Assembly: GCA_043810775.1 (NCBI GenBank)
Contig: JBDRNU010000015.1
Location: 96,889 to 160,888 of the forward strand
Origin: an archaeon
Lineage (GTDB): Archaea > Nanobdellota > Nanobdellia > Pacearchaeales > GW2011-AR1
Direction of reading: 5' to 3'
DNA length: 64,000 bases
Made by a program: the position numbers and the translations under genes. Positions 48,452 to 57,408 of the stretch are shown here, piece after piece; position 1 is the first letter of the stretch, and the number at the start of each line of letters is the position of its first letter. The notes beneath the pieces are model-generated. The model made no database searches. It saw nothing but the letters and a program-made list of their open reading frames with translations, and was not told the DNA's origin.

Positions 48452-48925
48452 ATGGCTAAAAAGAGTATAAATTGGAAATTAATTATTATAAGTTTTATAA
48501 TAGTTTTTATTGTAGCTTTTATAGGAAATATCTTCACTTCTCAAAATACCTCTAGTGAATGGTATGAATCAATTAAACACCCAATAACTCCTCCAAATTA
48601 TATATTTCCTATTGTCTGGACTATCTTGTTTATACTAATTGCACTCTCATTATATTTTTCTTTACTAAACTCTGGGAAAAATCAGAAAAATAGTGTATTT
48701 TTTTCATTTGGGTCTAATTTTATTTTTAATATATTATGGAGCCTGTTCTTCTTTTCTCTGAAAAATCCATTACTCGGATTAGTAGATATATTTCTAGTAC
48801 TAATTACTATTATCTGGATGCTTTTTATAACTTATAAAATTGATAAAAAAGCTTTCTGGTTGCTTGTTCCTTATTTACTATGGGTAAGTTTTGCTTCAGC
48901 ACTAAATTTACTAATTTTTATCTAA
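48452..48925 (+). CDS. TspO/MBR family protein
   Basis: WYESI..P..PP.YIFPIVWTILF, NILWSLFFF, LLVPYLLWVSFA.ALN. Confidence 0.92.
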   Translation: MAKKSINWKLIIISFIIVFIVAFIGNIFTSQNTSSEWYESIKHPITPPNYIFPIVWTILFILIALSLYFSLLNSGKNQKNSVFFSFGSNFIFNILWSLFFFSLKNPLLGLVDIFLVLITIIWMLFITYKIDKKAFWLLVPYLLWVSFASALNLLIFI

Positions 48926-48926
48926 A

Positions 48927-49397
48927 GTGAAAGCCTCAATAAAAAAAGGATTTGGATTTGGTTTAACTTCAGGAATTATTACCACTTTAGGTTTAATTGT
49001 CGGTTTGCATTCATCTACTCATTCTAAGCTAATAATTTTAGGAGGAATAATTGTAATTGCAGTTGCAGACGCTCTCTCAGATGCATTAGGAATGCATATT
49101 TCAGAAGAAGCTGTAAAGCAATCAAGAAAACAGATTTGGGAATGCACTTTTTACACTTTTTTATTTAAGTTTATATTTGCATTAACTTTCATAATCCCTA
49201 TTTTGATTTTTGAGCTTTACAATGCAATAATAATAAGTATAATTTGGGGTTTATTGTTAATTACTGGTTTTAGTTATTATCTGGCAATACAGCAAAAAAG
49301 AAAGCCTCTTAAAGTGATTTTAGAGCATTTAATCATCACAGTTATAGTAATTATAATTACTCATTTTATTGGAGATTTAGTTGGAAGATGGGCTTGA
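48927..49397 (+). CDS. VIT1/CCC1-like membrane transporter
   Basis: FGLTSGIITTLGL, AVADALSDALGMHISEE. Confidence 0.75.
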   Translation: MKASIKKGFGFGLTSGIITTLGLIVGLHSSTHSKLIILGGIIVIAVADALSDALGMHISEEAVKQSRKQIWECTFYTFLFKFIFALTFIIPILIFELYNAIIISIIWGLLLITGFSYYLAIQQKRKPLKVILEHLIITVIVIIITHFIGDLVGRWA

Positions 49398-49458
49398 CTC
49401 TAGGAAAATTTAAATACTCTTAATGCTTATTTAATAATACTAAATTCTTTATTATAAA

Positions 49459-49932
49459 ATGGAAAATAAGCATGTTGGTAGTTTAATCTTGGGAATTGCA
49501 ATTGTAATGGCTATTCTAGTTTTAATGTTCAATACAGTACTAAAAGACAATCTTGATTTAACTTGCTCGCATGGCCCTACTTGTGAGATGTATTCATCTT
49601 TAAAAGTTCAAACTTGGATAAGCTTGTCTATTGTTGCAGTTGTAGCTATAATTGGCTTAGTTATTATGTTCTCAAAGCCAAAAGAAAAGATAATATTCAA
49701 GAAAGTTAAAGAAAAATCAAAAAAGATTGATTTAAGCAAACTTGATAAAGATGAAAAAAAGGTCATTGAGTTACTGCAGCAAGAAGGAAAAGCAATATTC
49801 CAAGCAAGTTTAATGGAAAAACTTGAAATTGGAAAAGTAAAAGCTACTCGCCTTCTTGATAAGCTGGAATCAAAAGGATTAATAGAAAGAAAGCGAAGAG
49901 GAATGAATAATATTGTGGTTCTTAAGGATTGA
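49459..49932 (+). CDS. Membrane-anchored winged-HTH regulator
   Basis: TM-CSHGPTC-TM, then DEKKVIELL..IFQ..KATRLLDKLESKGLIERKRRGMNNIV. Confidence 0.8.
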   Translation: MENKHVGSLILGIAIVMAILVLMFNTVLKDNLDLTCSHGPTCEMYSSLKVQTWISLSIVAVVAIIGLVIMFSKPKEKIIFKKVKEKSKKIDLSKLDKDEKKVIELLQQEGKAIFQASLMEKLEIGKVKATRLLDKLESKGLIERKRRGMNNIVVLKD

Positions 49933-50684
49933 GGATGGAAAGTAAAAAAATAAAAAAGATTGTTAAAGATAAGTATTCTGAAATAGCTGATAGTTCTTTG
50001 AGCTGTGGATGTAGCTGTAACTCGAGTTGTTGTGGAGAGAGTCAAATTAAACAAATCTCTAAGAGTATTGGTTATTCTGAAGAAGATTTGAAAACTCCTG
50101 GAAATTTAGGTTTAGGTTGTGGCAATCCTATTGCTTTAGGGAAAATAAAATCAGGTGACATTGTTCTTGATCTTGGAAGTGGAGCAGGATTTGACGCTTT
50201 TTTAGCTTCTGAAAAAGTTGGCAAAAAAGGAAAAGTAATTGGATTAGATATGACTGAGTTAATGATAAATAAGGCAAAAGAAAATGCCAAAAAAGGAAAT
50301 TATAATAATGTTGAATTTATTTTAGGAGATATTGAGGAAATTCCACTAAAAGATAATTCAATAAATGTGATAATTAGTAATTGTGTTATAAATCTTTCAC
50401 CAAATAAAGATAAAGTGTTTAAAGAATCATATCGTGTTTTAAAAAAAGGCGGAAAGATGTTTGTTTCAGATATTGTCTTACTTCAACCACTTAGCAATGA
50501 TCAGAAGAAAAATAAGGATTTAATTGCAGGTTGTGTTGGAGGGGCTTTATTAAAAAAAGATTACCTTAAAAGAATAAATAAAGCAGGATTTATAGTTAAT
50601 ATTTTAAGTGAGGATAAAGATATAAGTAAAAGGCAATATCAAGGCATTGATTTGGAAAGTTTAAAAATAGAAGCTATTAAGTAA
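49929..50684 (+). CDS. arsM: Arsenite S-adenosylmethionine methyltransferase
   Basis: N-terminal SCGCSC..SCCG, GLGCGNP, LDLGSGAGFD, SNCVINL, AGCVGGA; start likely 49935. Confidence 0.9.
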   Translation: MRMESKKIKKIVKDKYSEIADSSLSCGCSCNSSCCGESQIKQISKSIGYSEEDLKTPGNLGLGCGNPIALGKIKSGDIVLDLGSGAGFDAFLASEKVGKKGKVIGLDMTELMINKAKENAKKGNYNNVEFILGDIEEIPLKDNSINVIISNCVINLSPNKDKVFKESYRVLKKGGKMFVSDIVLLQPLSNDQKKNKDLIAGCVGGALLKKDYLKRINKAGFIVNILSEDKDISKRQYQGIDLESLKIEAIK

Positions 50685-50698
50685 TTTAAGGGAAGTTG

Positions 50699-50735
50699 TT
50701 AAGAAACCGTTAGGTTTCTTAAAGAAACTAGTTTC
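50699..50735. promoter_or_regulatory. Inverted repeats (operator or hairpin)
   Basis: TTAAGAAACC-gtta-GGTTTCTTAA followed by GAAACTAGTTTC. Confidence 0.45.
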
Positions 50736-50773
50736 ACCAAAGCGAATAAATAAAAGCTTGTTCTAGAATTTTC

Positions 50774-51469
50774 ATGGAATGCTGTGATAAGCCTGAAAAA
50801 AAAGGCAAGGGAATTATGGGAGGAATTGCTTATGGGTTAATTCCCCATATAGGTTGCATTATGTTCATAATTGGAAGTGTATTGGGAGTTACAATCTTAA
50901 TGCAGTTTTTCAAGCCCTTGTTAATGAACAGGTATTTTTTTTATATACTTGTCTTAATCTCGCTAGTATTTGCAACCTTCTCATCATATTTGTATTTAAG
51001 AAAAAATGATTCATTAACTAAGGAAGGAATAAAGAAAAAGAAAGGATATCTCTTGGGCATGTATGGCTCTACAATTGCAGTTAATTTAATATTATTTATG
51101 CTGGTTTTTCCATATATATCCAATATTGGCGGGGTGGTTTCTGCATCTGATTCAATCTCTCTTTCAAAAATTGAGTTAAGTGTAGACATTCCTTGTCCAG
51201 GCCACGCCCCCCTCATATCAAACGAGCTTAAAACTATTAAAGGAGTGCAAGGGTCTGAATTTAGTTTTCCAAATGATTTTATAGTATATTATGATTCTAC
51301 TATAACAAGCAAGGAAGAAATATTGAGCTTGGAGGTATTTGATGAATATCCTGCAGAAGTATTAAGTGAAGAAGCAACTGAAGAATATTTAGCTGGCACA
51401 CAAATACTAGGGGGGTGCAGTAAATGCTCTGGATGCTCTGGTGCTTGCGGGGGAGCTTGTGGAGGTTGA
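50774..51469 (+). CDS. Membrane protein with HMA-like domain and Cys-rich termini
   Basis: MECCD, PHIGC in a TM, VDIPCPGH..I..EL..IKGV..VYYD, CSKCSGCSGACGGACGG. Confidence 0.7.
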   Translation: MECCDKPEKKGKGIMGGIAYGLIPHIGCIMFIIGSVLGVTILMQFFKPLLMNRYFFYILVLISLVFATFSSYLYLRKNDSLTKEGIKKKKGYLLGMYGSTIAVNLILFMLVFPYISNIGGVVSASDSISLSKIELSVDIPCPGHAPLISNELKTIKGVQGSEFSFPNDFIVYYDSTITSKEEILSLEVFDEYPAEVLSEEATEEYLAGTQILGGCSKCSGCSGACGGACGG

Positions 51470-51474
51470 AGTGA

Positions 51475-51638
51475 TGAAAAATTTAAGCTGCCCTATATGC
51501 AAAATAGAAATTTATAGCGAGCTCGGAAAAGGATGCAAGATGTGCGGAATGGCCTTAAAAGATGAAAGCAAAGAATTTTGCTCAAGAGCCTGCAAGAAAA
51601 AATACAAAAAAATAAATTTTAAATTAATATCTTATTAA
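51475..51638 (+). CDS. Small Cys-rich zinc-finger-like protein
   Basis: CPIC..CKMC..FCSRAC; start at the Met near 51475, ORF track start 51441. Confidence 0.65.
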
Positions 51639-51657
51639 CGAAACATTTATATACTTT

Positions 51658-51673
51658 GTTAACTATCGTTAAC
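51658..51673. promoter_or_regulatory. Palindromic operator GTTAAC-N4-GTTAAC
   Basis: Directly downstream of TATA-like TTTATATA and upstream of SD GGAGGT. Confidence 0.5.
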
Positions 51674-51696
51674 TAAGTAAATTCTTGGAGGTTAAT

Positions 51697-51918
51697 ATGA
51701 AAAAGTTGTTATTGGTTTTATTAAGCATTTTTAGTTTTTTTGAATTAGTCAGCGCTGATATTGGAGATTATGGATGTTTTAGTATGATGGGCGGCAGTTT
51801 TGGATATGTGTGGATGTTTTTTATAGGGATAGTTTGGATACTGGTGATTGTTGCCTTAGCGTTGTTTATTATTTGGCTTATCAGGCAGTTAATTGAAGAA
51901 CCTAGGAGAAAAAGATAA
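51697..51918 (+). CDS. Small membrane protein
   Basis: Signal peptide, MMGG, TM; SD GGAGGT before ATG 51697. Confidence 0.7.
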   Translation: MKKLLLVLLSIFSFFELVSADIGDYGCFSMMGGSFGYVWMFFIGIVWILVIVALALFIIWLIRQLIEEPRRKR

Positions 51919-52913
51919 TGAGCCATTGTTGTGAGCATAATAAAAATGAAAAGATTAAATTAGGAAGAAATCTTAAGATATTTGGAATTATATTTATTTT
52001 AGCATTCTTGCTTTCTTTTCTTCCAATATTGCAACCTTTTAACGAATCTCTTCTTGATTATATTCAAATTATCTGGTGGGCAGTCTTACTGGGTTTGATA
52101 ATAGGAGGAATAATTGATTATTTTGTTCCTGAGGAATTTATATTCAAGATACTTGGAAGAAAAAAGAAAATAACTTTAATTTATGCTGTTTTGCTTGGAT
52201 TTTTAATGTCAGCCTGTTCACATGGGATTCTTGCCATTTCAATGCAGCTTTACAAAAAAGGTGCTGGAATTCCAGCTGTAATCACTTTTTTGTTAGCTAG
52301 TCCTTGGGCAAATCTTCCAATTACAATACTTCTTTTTGGTTTTTTTGGGATTAAAGCAATATTTTTTATTTTAGCAGCAATGTTAATCGCTTTAATAACA
52401 GGTTATATTTACATAGGATTAGAAAAAGCAGGATGGATTGAAAAGTCTAAAAAAGTTAAATTAACTGGGAGAATTAGATGGACAAGAATCAAGAACTTTA
52501 ATTTAAAAGAATCTATCCATGGGGTTTCAAAAGGCACTATTAACTTGGCAAATATGGTTTTGTGGTGGTTATTAATAGGTGTATTAATTGCAGGCTTAAT
52601 AGGGGCTTATGTCCCAGATATGTTTTTTATGAAGTATTTAGGAGCAAGTTTCTTAGGATTGCTATTAACTTTAGCATTTGCCACAATTATTGAAGTCTGT
52701 TCAGAAGGAAGTGCACCAATTGCATTTGAAATCTTTAACAAAATAGGCACTCTTGGAAATCCATTTGTATTCTTAATGGCAGGAGTTGTCACAGATTACA
52801 CTGAAATTGGCTTAATCTGGACGAACATAGGCAAGAAAGCCGCAATCTGGCTTCCAATTATAACTGTTCCTTTAGTCTTAATAACTGGAATTTTGTTTAA
52901 TATATTCTTATAA
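51918..52913 (+). CDS. ArsP/DUF318 family permease
   Basis: HCCEH, SACSHG, FLLASPW, EVCSEGSAP, FLMAG. Confidence 0.85.
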   Translation: MSHCCEHNKNEKIKLGRNLKIFGIIFILAFLLSFLPILQPFNESLLDYIQIIWWAVLLGLIIGGIIDYFVPEEFIFKILGRKKKITLIYAVLLGFLMSACSHGILAISMQLYKKGAGIPAVITFLLASPWANLPITILLFGFFGIKAIFFILAAMLIALITGYIYIGLEKAGWIEKSKKVKLTGRIRWTRIKNFNLKESIHGVSKGTINLANMVLWWLLIGVLIAGLIGAYVPDMFFMKYLGASFLGLLLTLAFATIIEVCSEGSAPIAFEIFNKIGTLGNPFVFLMAGVVTDYTEIGLIWTNIGKKAAIWLPIITVPLVLITGILFNIFL

Positions 52914-53001
52914 TCTCATAAAGTTAATCTTAAATTTAACTTATAGACAAATCTTTATAAATTCTTTATTCTTTAAGCAATTATACTTAAAAGAGGAAAA
53001 A

Positions 53002-53772
53002 ATGCTAAATGAAATTTTAAATAATATAGTATATTTTATTTATTTCACTATAAAGACTGACTTACTCTGGGTAGTGTTTCCACTGTTCCTAGCTACAGTA
53101 GTTATGCTCTTTTACTTTGAAAAATACCGCGATGAAAAACCTGGCTGGAACACTTATGTAGCAAACTCTCTAGTCTTGCTATTTGTAGCAATGATAATGT
53201 TTAAGCAGATTTACTCATATGATTCACTAGGAGCAATTAATTTTATATTATTTCCACTTAAATTTATTCTTGCACTAATTGTTCTTTTTATTGGAATAAT
53301 TGTTCTTTTTTTAAATTTTGAGCATTTCCTTCCAGAAAAGCTAGCAAGGTATATTTCCTCGCCTTTAACTCTTAATTTAATAGCTTATATTCTGGTTCTT
53401 TATGTCTATTCTGGAATTAAAGATGGATGGAGCATATTCTTCTCTCTCTTAATTTTATTTATAATTTTAATTATAATATTTAACACAATTAGGATACTTA
53501 TGAGAAAGATATTTCTTAAACTTAAAAAAATGAAAGAAAAGGAAAAGCTCGAAGAGATTATTGATGGAAAAAATGATATTAAAAGGAAAAAGCAGGAAGT
53601 AAAGAAATTTGAAAAAAAGATTAAAGTTCAAGCCAAGAAGATTAAACAAGTTAAAAAAGAAGTTAAAAAAGAGGAAAAAAAGCTAAAAGACGGCAAGCTA
53701 AAAGAATTAGATAAAGAAAAGAAACAAGCAATTAAACTAAAAAAAATAATTAAAAAGCCAATTAAAAAATGA
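53002..53772 (+). CDS. Membrane protein with Lys-rich coiled-coil tail
   Basis: About 5 TMs followed by a K/E-rich C-terminus. Confidence 0.7.
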   Translation: MLNEILNNIVYFIYFTIKTDLLWVVFPLFLATVVMLFYFEKYRDEKPGWNTYVANSLVLLFVAMIMFKQIYSYDSLGAINFILFPLKFILALIVLFIGIIVLFLNFEHFLPEKLARYISSPLTLNLIAYILVLYVYSGIKDGWSIFFSLLILFIILIIIFNTIRILMRKIFLKLKKMKEKEKLEEIIDGKNDIKRKKQEVKKFEKKIKVQAKKIKQVKKEVKKEEKKLKDGKLKELDKEKKQAIKLKKIIKKPIKK

Positions 53773-56474
53773 GCAACAATCAAAAAATCTGGAATCTTAA
53801 AAAAGAAGAAGTAATATCTCACTTTCAATCTACTTCTTCTGGCTTGTCACAAAAAGAAGCTGAGCTAAGGCTTGAAAGATACGGAAAAAATATTATTAAA
53901 GAAACTTATAAGATTTCTCCCCTAAAGATTTTTCTGTCTCAATTCAAATCTTTTCTAGTCTATATTCTAATTGCAGCAGTTCTAATTTCTTTATTTATTT
54001 CGCATTACGTTGATGCAGGAGTTATTTTTGCAATTGTATTACTAAATGCTGCAATTGGATTTTTCCAACAATATAAAGCTGAAAAGTCAATTCTTGAACT
54101 AAAAAAGCTTCTTGTACCTAAAACTCAAGTCCTGCGCGATAAAAAAATTAAAGATATTTCTTCTGAAAATATTGTCCCTGGTGATATCTTGATTTTTGAA
54201 GAAGGTGATAAAATTACAGCAGATTGCAGAATTCTTGAGCTAGAAAGTTTGGAAGTAAGCGAGTCTGTCCTTACAGGGGAAAGTCTACCTATAGAAAAGA
54301 TAGACACCATTTTAAGAGGAGATACAATTATAGCTGACAGAAAAAATATGCTTTTTACAGGCACTAGTATTGTCAGAGGTCACGGCAAAGCTATTGTAAT
54401 TGCAACTGGTATGAACACCGAGTTTGGTAAAATAGCTTCTTCACTGCAAGAAATATCTATCCAAGAAACCCCTATGCAGAAAAAGCTTGACTCCTTTGCC
54501 AAGCAAATAAGCATTGTTGTGATAATAATCGCAGCTTTAATGTTCACTATTGGCATTTTAACTGGCCAAGACAAAGTTGAAATGTTCCTTACAGCCATTG
54601 CAATAATAGTCTCCGCAATTCCAGAAGGCCTTCCAGCAGTAATAACTATAGCCCTTGCATTTGCAACAAAAACAATGCTTAAAAACAATGTCATAGTAAG
54701 AAGGCTTCCTGCTGCTGAAACTCTAGGTTCAGTAACAATTATCTGCTCAGATAAAACCGGAACCCTTACAGAAGAAAGAATGGCAATAACTGATATTTAC
54801 TGTAATAATAATCTCTATCAAAAACAAGAAGGAGCAGTAATGCTTGGAAATAAAAAAATTGATTATAATGGTAATGCTAACCTTTCACAACTCTTTAAAA
54901 TAAGTCTTCTCTGCAATAATGCTCACTCCCAAATAAGGGAAACTGTTGAAAAAGGAAAAGAAGAATATGATATTCTGGGAGATCCTACAGAAGCCGCTTT
55001 AATTCTTTCAAGCCTAGACTTAGGCATAAGTAAAAAAGCACTTTCAGAGCAAGAACCAAGAGTCAAAGAAATAACTTTTACCTCTACGCGCAAAATGATG
55101 TCTTTAATTAGAAAATCTGGCAGAAGAAATATTCTCTATTCAAAAGGTGCAGCTTCAGTAATTCTTGAGAAATGCGCATTTGAATTTATTAATGGGAAAA
55201 TTGAGAAACTATCTCCCTCTAGAAGAAACTATCTTATGAAAATAGCTGAAAATCTTGAATCTAAAGCCCTAAGAGTTCTTGCTTTTTCATTTAGGAACTT
55301 AACAGAAGATGATATGAAAAAGCTAAAATCAGACAAAGAAGAAGAAATTGAGCAAGGGCTAATTTTCTCAGGTTTCATGGGTATGCTTGACCCTCCAAGA
55401 AAGGAAATAAAAGAAGCAATAAGACTCTCTAAAGCTGCTGGAGTCAAAGTGAAAATAATCACAGGAGACTCTCCACTGACTGCAAGAGCAATAGCAAAAC
55501 AAATAGGTCTGACTGGAAAAATGATTGATGGTAAGGAACTGGAAAAAATAACTGACGAGCAGCTTAAAAAAGAAATTGATGATATTGTTATTTTTGCAAG
55601 AATTGAGCCAAAGCAAAAACTAAGAATTGTTGAAATACTTAAAATTAAGGGAGAGACAGTAGCCATTACTGGTGATGGCGTCAATGATGTCCTTGCATTG
55701 AAGAAAGCAGACATTGGTATTGCAATGGGTATTCGCGGAAGCGACGTAGCAAGAGAGGTAAGTGATATGATTCTTGTTGATGATAATTTCGCTTCAATTG
55801 TAAAAGCAAATGAGCAAGGAAGAGTAGTTTATGATAATTCAAAAAAAGCCACAAAATTCTTGCTAGCTTCAAATCTTGGCGAGATTTTAATTGTAGCTTA
55901 CTCTATTTTGTTCCGGCTTCCTCTCCCAATTTTACCTTTACAAATATTATGGGTAAATCTTGTAACTGACTCAATTCCAGCTCTAGCATTAACAGCTGAA
56001 AAAGGAGATGATGTAATGTCCTCTGGCCCTAGAAAAGAAAAATCAGTTTTAGAAGGAATACTAGGTTTCATTATCTTCGGCTCTTTAGTTTCACTAATTT
56101 CAACTTTATTAATCTTTAATTATGCTCTAAATCATCTAGGCATTCAAAAAGCCCAGACAATGGTAATGATGACTTTAATAGGATTTGAGGCTTTTTTTGT
56201 TTTCTCGTGCAGAAGTAATAAGTCTCTAAAAGATATAGGTTTATTTTCAAATAAGTATATAATTTATGCATTTTTATCTGTCATTATCTTACAGCTAATT
56301 TTAATTTATACCCCTCTCTCATTAGCATTTAAAGTAGTAAAACTATCTTTATCAGAATGGTCTTTAGTTCTAGTCGCAAGTCTTTCAGGGCTATTTGTTT
56401 TTGAAGCTTATAAGCTAATTGAACCCCTAATTAAAAAAATAAAAAAGAATAAAAAAGGTAAAAATGCTCGTTAA
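53769..56474 (+). CDS. P-type II (Ca2+-type) ATPase
   Basis: TGES, IPEGLP, SDKTGTLT, DPPR, TGDGVND, LWVNLVTD. Confidence 0.95.
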   Translation: MSNNQKIWNLKKEEVISHFQSTSSGLSQKEAELRLERYGKNIIKETYKISPLKIFLSQFKSFLVYILIAAVLISLFISHYVDAGVIFAIVLLNAAIGFFQQYKAEKSILELKKLLVPKTQVLRDKKIKDISSENIVPGDILIFEEGDKITADCRILELESLEVSESVLTGESLPIEKIDTILRGDTIIADRKNMLFTGTSIVRGHGKAIVIATGMNTEFGKIASSLQEISIQETPMQKKLDSFAKQISIVVIIIAALMFTIGILTGQDKVEMFLTAIAIIVSAIPEGLPAVITIALAFATKTMLKNNVIVRRLPAAETLGSVTIICSDKTGTLTEERMAITDIYCNNNLYQKQEGAVMLGNKKIDYNGNANLSQLFKISLLCNNAHSQIRETVEKGKEEYDILGDPTEAALILSSLDLGISKKALSEQEPRVKEITFTSTRKMMSLIRKSGRRNILYSKGAASVILEKCAFEFINGKIEKLSPSRRNYLMKIAENLESKALRVLAFSFRNLTEDDMKKLKSDKEEEIEQGLIFSGFMGMLDPPRKEIKEAIRLSKAAGVKVKIITGDSPLTARAIAKQIGLTGKMIDGKELEKITDEQLKKEIDDIVIFARIEPKQKLRIVEILKIKGETVAITGDGVNDVLALKKADIGIAMGIRGSDVAREVSDMILVDDNFASIVKANEQGRVVYDNSKKATKFLLASNLGEILIVAYSILFRLPLPILPLQILWVNLVTDSIPALALTAEKGDDVMSSGPRKEKSVLEGILGFIIFGSLVSLISTLLIFNYALNHLGIQKAQTMVMMTLIGFEAFFVFSCRSNKSLKDIGLFSNKYIIYAFLSVIILQLILIYTPLSLAFKVVKLSLSEWSLVLVASLSGLFVFEAYKLIEPLIKKIKKNKKGKNAR

Positions 56475-57408
56475 TAATTTTATTTATTTTATAATCTCCG
56501 CAGCTTTTGTAGTAGTCAGCGGAATTTATCTTGTGAAGTCACTAACTAAAATTTCTCATTTTCTAAGAATTTCAGAATTTACAGCAGCTTTTATAATTAT
56601 AGCAGTAGCTACTTCCCTTCCTGAGCTTTTTGTAGGAATATCCTCAGCATTGCAAGGAACTCCAGCTATTAGCCTGGGTAATGTAATTGGAGCAAATATA
56701 CTTGATATTACTATAATCACAGGAATTTTTGTATTATTAGGAAGAGGTATAAAACTAAATATAAATAGGATAGGTAATGATGTGTATTATATGCTGGGAA
56801 GTGTTATCTTGGTTTTTATCTTATTCTTTATAGGGAATTCACTTTCAAGAATTGACGGTGCAATACTTCTTGGAGTATTTTTTATTAATCTTATTAGAAT
56901 GATTAGAAAAAGAAAGCAGTATCCAGCCACTTTTATTGATGGGAGAATTAAAAGATGGGAGATTGTTTTTTATGTTTTCTTATTTATATCTTCACTAATT
57001 TTACTTTTCTTATCTTCAAGTTTTGCAGTTAAATATGCAAGTTTAATAGCTATAGACCTAAGCCTGCCAGAAATTATGGTAGGTTTATTCTTAGTATCCT
57101 TGGCAACTACCCTGCCAGAACTAGTATTTGGCATAGAAGCAGTGATGATGGGGCATAAAGGAATGTCTATAGGCGACCAAACAGGAACAGTATTTACTAA
57201 TCTAACACTAATCATAGGAGTAGTAGCTTTAATTCACCCCATAACCCCTGATTATTTATCTTTTTTAGTAGCAGGAGTATTTATGTTTATTTCAGCATTT
57301 ATATTCACAACTTTTGTATATTCTGGAAGGCGCTTGGATATTCTGGAAGGCGTAGGGTTAGTATTGCTTTATGTAGCCTTTGCTATAATAGAGTTTTTTA
57401 TCAAATAG
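56464..57408 (+). CDS. Na+/Ca2+ antiporter (CaCA)
   Basis: Alpha repeats ATSLPEL..GNVIGANI and ATTLPEL. Confidence 0.9.
   Translation: MLVNNFIYFIISAAFVVVSGIYLVKSLTKISHFLRISEFTAAFIIIAVATSLPELFVGISSALQGTPAISLGNVIGANILDITIITGIFVLLGRGIKLNINRIGNDVYYMLGSVILVFILFFIGNSLSRIDGAILLGVFFINLIRMIRKRKQYPATFIDGRIKRWEIVFYVFLFISSLILLFLSSSFAVKYASLIAIDLSLPEIMVGLFLVSLATTLPELVFGIEAVMMGHKGMSIGDQTGTVFTNLTLIIGVVALIHPITPDYLSFLVAGVFMFISAFIFTTFVYSGRRLDILEGVGLVLLYVAFAIIEFFIK

Noticed and set aside
54125..55872. Several minus-strand ORFs up to 161 aa
   Set aside because: Antisense shadows of the P-type ATPase
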